From positions 2,480,001 through 2,544,000 of the forward strand of contig CATNEN010000033.1 of assembly GCA_950097015.1 (NCBI GenBank): a stretch of DNA of 64,000 nucleotides, read 5' to 3'. Origin of the DNA: Macrostomum hystrix. Taxonomy: Eukaryota; Animalia; Platyhelminthes. Positions within the stretch are counted from its first letter, which is position 1. The number at the start of each line of letters is the position of its first letter. The translations under genes and the position numbers were made by a program. A model generated the notes under the pieces. That model was not told the origin of the DNA, searched no databases, and saw only the letters and a program-made list of their open reading frames with translations. Below, piece after piece: positions 48,526-64,000 of the stretch.

Positions 48526-49014
48526 GTGCGCGCACTTTTTCTTTCGATCTGATCTTAGCTGTCAAACAAAAAACACCTGAGCTATCAGAAACCTGGCCGC
48601 GGAGTTTCTCAAGCGATACGGAAAACTTTTTCCGCAGCCCCCCCGCTCCAGATAAACACACGGACAGCCCCATGGACTAAATTTAAACAGGCCAGACCGA
48701 GACAAGGGTGGGTGGGACGCATACCTCGACAAGCGACTCAACCCCTTACTGGCCTGACGAGAGCCCGAGTGGGCAGACAAGCATTAATCAACGATAAAAT
48801 AGCCTGATAGAGCCAGAATACTGAAACTATTAAAAGCAATTGAACAACAATGAACAATTGCTGCCAGCTGGAGCAGACAGCCACAGCAGCCAAGGCAGCG
48901 CGCTGTTTCCCACTCTCTCCATTCTCTCCAAAGCCGACAGATTGTCTCAAGCGATAGCGGCCACACCCCGGGTCTCACCGGTGCGGCTGCAGTCCAATGA
49001 GCCCCATTCTGCAC

Positions 49015-49452
49015 TGACACAGCTAGCCTGACACAGCTAACCTGACACAGCTAACCTGACACAGCTAGCCTGACACAGCTAACCTAACACAGCTAGCCTG
49101 ACACAGCTAACCTGACACAGCTAACCTGACACAGCTAGCCTGACACAGCTAACCTAACACAGCTAGCCTGACACAGCTAACCTGACACAGCTAACCTGAC
49201 ACAGCTAGCCTGACACAGCTAACCTGACACAGCTAACCTGACACAGCTAGCCTGACACATCTAAGACTGCTAGCCTGACACATCTAAGACTGCTAGCCTG
49301 ACACAACTAATCTGACACAGCTAGCCTTACACATCTAAGACTGCTAGCCTGACACAACTAATCTGACACAGCTAGCCTGACACATCTAAGACTGCTAGCC
49401 TGACACAACTAATCTGACACAGCTAGCCAGACACAACTAATCTGACACAGCA
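49015..49452. repeat. 14-bp minisatellite (CTGACACAGCTA[A/G]C)n
   Basis: Direct reading; degenerates toward the 3' end. Confidence 0.93.
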
Positions 49453-50981
49453 CCAGGCACCTGCCGCAGCATGAAACCATATTCTTATGTAATGTAGCGC
49501 TGGACAAAGAAGAAAAAAAACAGGATGAACCAGCCTAATTCCATTGGATTGTATGCATCGAGTGCGAGATACGGAAATACAGACTGACAGACACGATTTA
49601 GCAAGCTGCGCTCCGTAGTTAATTGTAGTCAGCCGATCGCATAAATTATCTGATGGAGTTAATTTATATTAGAATTCAAACAGGTGCAGCCTCAGCGCGC
49701 TGCATCAAAACAAGGATTGAAGAGAGCATAACACGTAGTACATCAGAACTGGCTTGTCTAATTACACTAGCAAAGCATAGGGGAGTGCGGACTGCTCATT
49801 CTCACTGGTCAGACAATTAGCAAGCATGCAATGAGGCCGCTCACTATTCAGTGATTATCATTAACTGTATTGCCGCAGTGCAATATTATAATAAGTTGTT
49901 TCAACAGAAAGAGAAGGGCAGCAAGTAGCATGGGTGGCTTTTGTATTGTTTGTTGTGTACAGGCGGGGGTCAGTGTGTTCGCAACAGATTGTTAAATAAA
50001 CAAATAATAGTTTAACCTTTCTAAAGATAAATTGTGCGCGCAAATTCAAATTTAGCGAGTTGATGATTATAAGCGATCCAAGCCGGCACGAAGGAATTAT
50101 ACTACTGACTATCAAATTAGTGAGTAGTACTCGAGTGTTTTTGTTCAATCGACAATGTAGAACAGAATAGCTTCCTTAGAGCTGGCCTTGACGACAGAAA
50201 ACGCACAGAAAACTGATTGCAGGATTCAGTCAAGTTTTTCATGTATAAAAAATGACAAACATATCGAAAATTAGCTAGCCTTGACTCGCTGGGATAAACT
50301 AAAAAGCTAATTAGTGGGGCCGAGCGAGGAAAACTGACTTACCAGCGATATGTTGCGAAAAAATAAACAAACAAAAAGCGAATTATCAATCTATCTCTCC
50401 TGTTTTCTCTGTTAAACAAATGTTTAATCTGCTTCTAGCCAAGCAAAGAAAAGTAAAAAATGGTGCGCTACAGAGTGCGGATAGCTGGGGCTAGATAAAA
50501 GGACAACAAAGTCGAGAAATCGGATGACACAAACTGATTGGCTACTAACTGGTGCAGCTAATACTGCCCCAGTGCGGTGGCAACAACAACCATACTAACA
50601 AGGTCTCAGGCATCGGATTCCGTAAGTGTTCTCATGCCGGGTCATGATGAGACGCGACAAATGAAAGCGAAACTGCTTATGAGCTAAAAAACAAGAGAAA
50701 ACACCAACTGTCACTGCCAGTAGTGTTGGTCAAACTTGAAACTGTAACTAACTAGTTTTGAAAGGTGGGTCAGACGACCTAATAAGCAGCCATAAAAAAG
50801 AACAGAATCCATCAAAAATCAAAAAGCAACAGGTGCTATAATCTTGAATTTGCGCAGTAAATTGCAGCAACTGATTGCAGGGCAACACGGAGATCAATAG
50901 GTGGTATCTGAAATTATCTAGGCCCGAGGTGCAAACGTAACAACCTGCTTGAGCGATGGCCAATGAGCTGACTCATCAATA

Positions 50982-51636
50982 GTACATTGATCCCATCAGC
51001 TGCCTATAATCCCAATAGTACACTGATCCCATCAGCTGCCTATAATCCCAATAGTACACTGATCCCATCAGCTGCCTATAATCCCAATAGTACACTGATC
51101 CCATCAGCTGCCTATAATCCCAATAGTACACTGATCCCATCAGCTGCCTATAATCCCAATAGTACACTGATCCCATCAGCTGCCTATAATCCCAATAGTA
51201 CACTGATCCCATCAGCTGCCTATAATCCCAATAGTACACTGATCCCATCAGCTGCGTATAATCCCAATAGTACACTGATCCCATCAGCTGCCTATAATCC
51301 CAATAGTACACTGATCCCATCAGCTGCCTATAATCCCAATAGTACACTGATCCCATCAGCTGCCTATAATCCCAATAGTACACTGATCCCATCAGCTGCG
51401 TATAATCCCAATAGTACACTGATCCCATCAGCTGCCTATTATCCCAATAGTACATTGATCCCATCAGCTGCCTATTATCCCAATAGTACACTGATCCCAT
51501 CAGCTGCCTATTATCCCAATAGTACACTGATCCCATCAGCTGCCTATTATCCCAATAGTACACTGATCCCATCAGCTGCGTATAATCCCAATAGTACACT
51601 GATCCCATCAGCTGCGTATAATCCCAATAGTACACT
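50982..51636. repeat. 36-bp minisatellite (GATCCCATCAGCTGCCTATAATCCCAATAGTACACT)n, ~18 copies
   Basis: Period 36 (51001, 51037...). Confidence 0.96.
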
Positions 51637-52047
51637 CGACTTACTGAGTTTAAGAGTGCCAGGCCACAGAGAGCCGGTTGCAGCGCTTCATTCCACGGGT
51701 CCTTGGTCCGCCAGGCTACAGCTTGAACTATTGGAGCTACGCATAATTACACATAATTAGACAGATCAGAGGAGAGGAACACGCAGAAGCGACAATCAAA
51801 TCGCTTCTCTAAAGCGCGACTGGACAGAAATAGTAGAAGAAAAATCTTTTAATAAAAAAAAACAAAATTAATGTGAGAGAAAAACTAGCAGGGCACAATT
51901 AGCATCGGGGATTGTTGAATGGCCAGGAGACAAGGAGGGGATAAAAACAAGTCGATCCCAGCGATTCCTGGACAGCAGAGGAGAACAAAGTTGTCCTAGG
52001 CGATACCTGCGGGCGGCAGTGTGGTTCAGGCGTTGTCAAAGATTAGC

Positions 52048-54957
52048 AGACAGAGCTAACAGGCTGGAGTAACTGTGACTCCTGAAACTGGCAGGCAGGG
52101 CTAACTGGCTGGAGTAACTGTGACTCCTGAAACTGGCAGGCAGGGCTAACAGGCTGGAGTAACTGTGACTCCTGAAACTGGCAGGCAGGGCTAACTGGCT
52201 GGAGTAACTGTGACTCCTGAAACTGGCAGGCAGAGCTAACTGGCTGGAGTAACTGTGACTCCTGAAACTGGCAGACAGAGCTAACTGGCTGGAGTAACTG
52301 TGACTCCTGAAACTGGCAGGCAGAGCTAACTGGCTAGAGTAACTGTGACTCCTGAAACTGGCAGACAGAGCTAACAGGCTGGAGTAACTGTGACTCCTGA
52401 AACTGGCAGGCAGAGCTAACTGGCTAGAGTAACTGTGACTCCTGAAACTGGCAGACAGAGCTAACTGGCTGGAGTAACTGTGACTCCTGAAACTGGCAGG
52501 CAGAGCTAACAGGCTGGAGTAACTGTGACTCCTGAAACTGGCAGGCAGGGCTAACTGGCTGGAGTAACTGTGACTCCTGAAACTGGCAGGCAGGGCTAAC
52601 TGGCTGGAGTAACTGTGACTCCTGAAACTGGCAGGCAGAGCTAACAGGCTGGAGTAACTGTGACTCCTGAAACTGGCAGACAGAGCTAACAGGCTGGAGT
52701 AACTGTGACTCCTGAAACTGGCAGGCAGGGCTAACTGGCTAGAGTAACTGTGACTCCTGAAACTGGCAGGCAGGGCTAACTGGCTGGAGTAACTGTGACT
52801 CCTGAAACTGGCAGGCAGAGCTAACTGGCTAGAGTAACTGTGACTCCTGAAACTGGCAGACAGAGCTAACAGGCTGGAGTAACTGTGACTCCTGAAACTG
52901 GCAGGCAGAGCTAACTGGCTAGAGTAACTGTGACTCCTGAAACTGGCAGACAGAGCTAACAGGCTGGAGTAACTGTGACTCCTGAAACTGGCAGGCAGGG
53001 CTAACTGGCTGGAGTAACTGTGACTCCTGAAACTGGCAGACAGAGCTAACAGGCTGGAGTAACTGTGACTCCTGAAACTGGCAGGCAGAGCTAACAGGCT
53101 GGAGTAACTGTGACTCCTGAAACTGGCAGGCAGGGCTAACTGGCTGGAGTAACTGTGACTCCTGAAACTGGCAGGCAGAGCTAACTGGCTAGAGTAACTG
53201 TGACTCCTGAAACTGGCAGACAGAGCTAACTGGCTGGAGTAACTGTGACTCCTGAAACTGGCAGGCAGAGCTAACAGGCTGGAGTAACTGTGACTCCTGA
53301 AACTGGCAGGCAGGGCTAACTGGCTGGAGTAACTGTGACTCCTGAAACTGGCAGGCAGGGCTAACTGGCTGGAGTAACTGTGACTCCTGAAACTGGCAGG
53401 CAGGGCTAACAGGCTGGAGTAACTGTGACTCCTGAAACTGGCAGGCAGAGCTAACAGGCTGGAGTAACTGTGACTCCTGAAACTGGCAGACAGAGCTAAC
53501 AGGCTGGAGTAACTGTGACTCCTGAAACTGGCAGGCAGGGCTAACTGGCTAGAGTAACTGTGACTCCTGAAACTGGCAGGCAGGGCTAACAGGCTGGAGT
53601 AACTGTGACTCCTGAAACTGGCAGGCAGGGCTAACAGGCTGGAGTAACTGTGACTCCTGAAACTGGCAGGCAGAGCTAACAGGCTGGAGTAACTGTGACT
53701 CCTGAAACTGGCAGGCAGGGCTAACTGGCTGGAGTAACTGTGACTCCTGAAACTGGCAGGCAGGGCTAACTGGCTGGAGTAACTGTGACTCCTGAAACTG
53801 GCAGGCAGAGCTAACAGGCTGGAGTAACTGTGACTCCTGAAACTGGCAGGCAGGGCTAACTGGCTAGAGTAACTGTGACTCCTGAAACTGGCAGGCAGGG
53901 CTAACTGGCTGGAGTAACTGTGACTCCTGAAACTGGCAGACAGAGCTAACAGGCTGGAGTAACTGTGACTCCTGAAACTGGCAGGCAGGGCTAACTGGCT
54001 AGAGTAACTGTGACTCCTGAAACTGGCAGGCAGGGCTAACAGGCTGGAGTAACTGTGACTCCTGAAACTGGCAGGCAGGGCTAACAGGCTGGAGTAACTG
54101 TGACTCCTGAAACTGGCAGGCAGAGCTAACAGGCTGGAGTAACTGTGACTCCTGAAACTGGCAGGCAGGGCTAACTGGCTGGAGTAACTGTGACTCCTGA
54201 AACTGGCAGGCAGGGCTAACTGGCTGGAGTAACTGTGACTCCTGAAACTGGCAGGCAGGGCTAACTGGCTGGAGTAACTGTGACTCCTGAAACTGGCAGG
54301 CAGAGCTAACTGGCTGGAGTAACTGTGACTCCTGAAACTGGCAGGCAGGGCTAACAGGCTGGAGTAACTGTGACTCCTGAAACTGGCAGGCAGAGCTAAC
54401 TGGCTGGAGTAACTGTGACTCCTGAAACTGGCAGGCAGAGCTAACTGGCTGGAGTAACTGTGACTCCTGAAACTGGCAGGCAGAGCTAACAGGCTGGAGT
54501 AACTGTGACTCCTGAAACTGGCAGGCAGAGCTAACAGGCTGGAGTAACTGTGACTCCTGAAACTGGCAGGCAGAGCTAACTGGCTGGAGTAACTGTGACT
54601 CCTGAAACTGGCAGGCAGGGCTAACTGGCTGGAGTAACTGTGACTCCTGAAACTGGCAGGCAGAGCTAACTGGCTGGAGTAACTGTGACTCCTGAAACTG
54701 GCAGGCAGAGCTAACTGGCTGGAGTAACTGTGACTCCTGAAACTGGCAGGCAGGGCTAACTGGCTGGAGTAACTGTGACTCCTGAAACTGGCAGGCAGAG
54801 CTAACTGGCTGGAGTAACTGTGACTCCTGAAACTGGCAGGCAGAGCTAACTGGCTGGAGTAACTGTGACTCCTGAAACTGGCAGGCAGAGCTAACAGGCT
54901 GGAGTAACTGTGACTCCTGAAACTGGCAGGCAGAGCTAACTGGCTGGAGTAACTGTG
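52048..54957. repeat. 45-bp minisatellite (GGAGTAACTGTGACTCCTGAAACTGGCAGGCAGAGCTAACTGGCT)n, ~65 copies
   Basis: Continuous array with a few variant positions; begins ~85 bp beyond the MARK stop codon. Confidence 0.97.
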
Positions 54958-55040
54958 AATCTTTAAATTAAGAACCGGTGCCATATTTTCTGGTTAGTGC
55001 ATTCAGATACTTACATTTTATTCAACCAGGTCGTCATTAA

Positions 55041-61054
<6,014 letters not shown>

Positions 61055-64000
61055 CTACGTTCAATAAAAAACTATTGGTCAGCAACACTCTCAGTTGCTT
61101 GCTGGCGTCATCTGGAGATTGAGATGAAATAGGGCAGGCTAGATACAGGGCAACCCTGGAAAAAACATGTAAGTGCTAGCAGGGGTAGTATATCATGCTT
61201 TTAGCAAAGTGTTAGTTCAAATAAAAAATAGTATCTATCACGCACATAAATAACTTATAATTACAAAAGTAGCAAAGAAAAGGAAAAAAAATCAACAGTT
61301 AATAAATATAAATAAAATAATATAATAATAATAATAAAATAATATAAATAAAATTATTAAATAAATAAATACTTATAAATACATACACATATGCATAAAT
61401 TAACACACACTAGTTCTTTCTTTTTTGGTATGGTATCAACATTGATATTGATACCATTTATAAGGATGTGCATACTTAAATTCTATTTACTAATTTCGAT
61501 AGCAAAACTAATAGCTAGCTAGCTAAGAGTAAGCTTAACAATAGCTTGGCAAGGAATAGGCCCCGCAAGGGGTTTGAGTGAATATATATATGCAAAATAA
61601 TAATATAAGCTGCCATAACTAGGCCTAGTCTTAAGAGAAGTGAGAAGAAAAAATCAATGTTCAACATAGAAAGAGTCCTGTTGGCCCAAAAAGATGTAAT
61701 ATGTTAATATAACACTGCTTATTTGAATATAATATGTAACTAGGCCTAGGCCTACTTATCAAGACCAGTCAATACTAAAGAAAACTAATATGTAGCAGTA
61801 ATAATGTAAGAGTATGTGCATACTGAATAATATAATAATGCTAAATTTCTGATATATACCAATATGCTAATCTATGTGCCAAAAGACTCATGCTTGTTTT
61901 AAGTCACAAAAAACTGTCTAAATGTTAACATATAGTTTCATGACTTACAGTCATTAGTTTTTAAAGCTCATGTTTTACCGTTGCTCTAAAAATTAGAGCT
62001 TAGGCTACTAAAGAGAAACATTTACTTTTTTTCTACATTTTAGCTAAAGAAAAAGGGTTAACTAAAAGAGTCCTTTAGAAGTAGACAATAGTATGTGAGT
62101 CTAGCTAGAAGCTAGCTAGTGTCAAATGTTAATGTGAAATCTGTGATTGAATACAAAAATTAGATATTAGGGCCTAGCCCTATATACATGCAAATTAAAA
62201 GTTAATATAGTTCTATGTTGAAATGTGAAGTGTGAAAAAATAACATTGGTATGGCTAGAAAGTTAAAACTTTTTTTGCCAGATTTGTTCTAAATTGAATT
62301 TTTTTCAATAGGCCTACCACTTTATATTTTAGTTAATATTTCTTTAGGGATAAAAAATGAAAACTCTAAGTACAATAGTTAGGCCTATAACTTATAAGCA
62401 TTTTTGAATTCCTAGATTTTCAAAATGTCCTCGTTATAACCATATTATTCAGAATGTCCATTTAAGTCTTTATAGGGAATAAATAGGCCTAGTATATTCA
62501 ATAATTACAGAAATTAAACTTAAATTTAAAGGAAATTTTGCCAAAAAATCCTTTCAAACTTGCATATTATTTCATCAGTTCATAGCCTTGGAAAACTGCT
62601 AGGATAGACAAACAATAGGCCCTAGTATAACTACTAGGCCTAGGGTAATTGAAAAAATAGTTTCCATTAATAGGCCAAGCCAGCTAGTCTCTGGTTCGAC
62701 ATGCTTAAAACATAATAAGCTAGGCCTATTTAGATAAGTTGGTATGTTAGGTCCTACTGTTGTACTCCTTCGTAGGAAATAACACTGAGCTGATTACTAA
62801 TATATTCTAAGATGGGATTTACTGCAGCTTTTGTTAAATAGTATTAGTTATTGATGTTCAATGTGGTTAATACCTCGTGTTTATCTGTAGGCCCAATCAT
62901 TTTTTAATAAGCAGACCTATACGACAGGACGAAGAATCGCATCGAGAACACGGCAGTCTCAATATTCTGTAGTATTTTACCATTTCATTCAACCCAATTT
63001 TTTTTCAGAAAAATACTTCGAGGAAATGAGTAAGAAATCGAAGGCGGTAAAGCCCAATTCGTTCAAACTATTAACAAATTTTTAACTTCATCAACGTATT
63101 AATTTTGTGGATTTTAAACAGTGAATAAGCTGACGCAAATTTTTCATATTTATGTTATTATAAAATTTGCTGCAAAAAATCTAGTCAAAAATCAAAATCC
63201 GGCATACAACTTTCTGATGAACCATGGCAGAAGTCCCATACATTACACCAATTGCATAACTCATGCTATTGTATATGTACATGTACCTGTACATTGCAAT
63301 AGTCGGCTAATAGGTATATTTAACAGCTCTGTAGGCTCGTTAAACAGAAGTCTGGACACCTTGTTTCGAATGCGAGTTTCTGAAAAGGGAAGTCTGCATG
63401 CATGCACTGGATAACTTTTCGATCGTCGATTCGTAATCTATAAATTATGCTCATATTTCATTTACAAATTAGTATGTATCACAGTCTTTTAAGAGCCGAA
63501 AATTTAACGGTTTGCAAATCATTTTATATCATCGAAGATTTTCTTTAGAATATTATATTGCATATACTCGTACATTAGACCAAAAACGCAAATAGCTGCT
63601 TTGGGGATAATTACATTAAAAACATCATTTAAATAACGTTATACGTGATAATTCAAGGCATGCATAGAAAACGTGTACTTTTGGCTTTTGCATGCAACAG
63701 TCTGATATGCATGTACAGTTTACGCAATATCATAAAATTATTGTTTATACACATTACTGTACAAAATCTCAGCGCCTTATTTTTTCTGTATAATTAACAA
63801 TAAGCTACCAGGAAGATGAGCAACCAAATCATTTAATCAATAAATAGCTGCAAAAACAAAAAAAATTTGTACATCTACATGCATGCAGAGAATCGAAATT
63901 CACATGAATATTCTTCATCCTTTTCGGAGCCCGAGCAAAGCGGCAGTCTTAGGCCTGCTAGCGGTGCCCAAGCCAGCTGCCGCACTTGTCGAAGCTACCG

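Noticed and set aside
50030-50060. CHR/E2F-like motif (GCGCGCAAATTCAAATTT), with similar strings at 23200 and 30960
   Set aside because: Short AT-rich strings with no mapped TSS; cannot be distinguished from repeat-derived or chance sequence.
50976-51760. 12-aa repeat ORFs on both strands
   Set aside because: Products of the 36-bp minisatellite.
52036-54984. 982-aa ORF of 15-aa repeats
   Set aside because: Open only because the 45-bp unit lacks stops in that frame; non-ATG start and no unique domain.

Overview
Eukaryotic, intron-rich animal DNA. GC-rich exons sit among AT-rich spacers and many minisatellites; this pattern suggests a flatworm such as Macrostomum, which is an inference and not shown by the sequence. 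Genes recognised by motif and splice-phase reconstruction: an ether-a-go-go (KCNH1/5-type) K+ channel (+, 9 exons in window, first exon upstream), RSPH9 (-), a divergent single-exon Rho GTPase (-), a secreted beta-lactamase-family serine hydrolase (+, 6 exons), an atlastin-type GTPase ending in coiled coil + CaaX instead of TM helices (-), an orphan ~650-aa ORF (+) partly duplicated upstream, FCF1 (+), a small unknown 2-exon gene (+), an NHL-repeat gene (-) and a MARK/PAR-1 kinase (-, 7 exons). Mobile DNA: two adjacent decayed Crypton-like tyrosine-recombinase elements separated by a 28-bp-arm hairpin, a tRNA-derived SINE, a non-autonomous Helitron, a TIR element with an 8-bp TSD, a DIRS/Ngaro-like RT remnant and a 117-bp insertion with a 13-bp TSD. 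The most unusual observation is an 11-copy tandem amplification of the eag last-exon splice acceptor itself, so acceptor choice or copy number would set the reading frame of the channel C-terminus. FCF1 lacks only its initiator ATG after a splice acceptor, which fits an AUG donated by a spliced leader.
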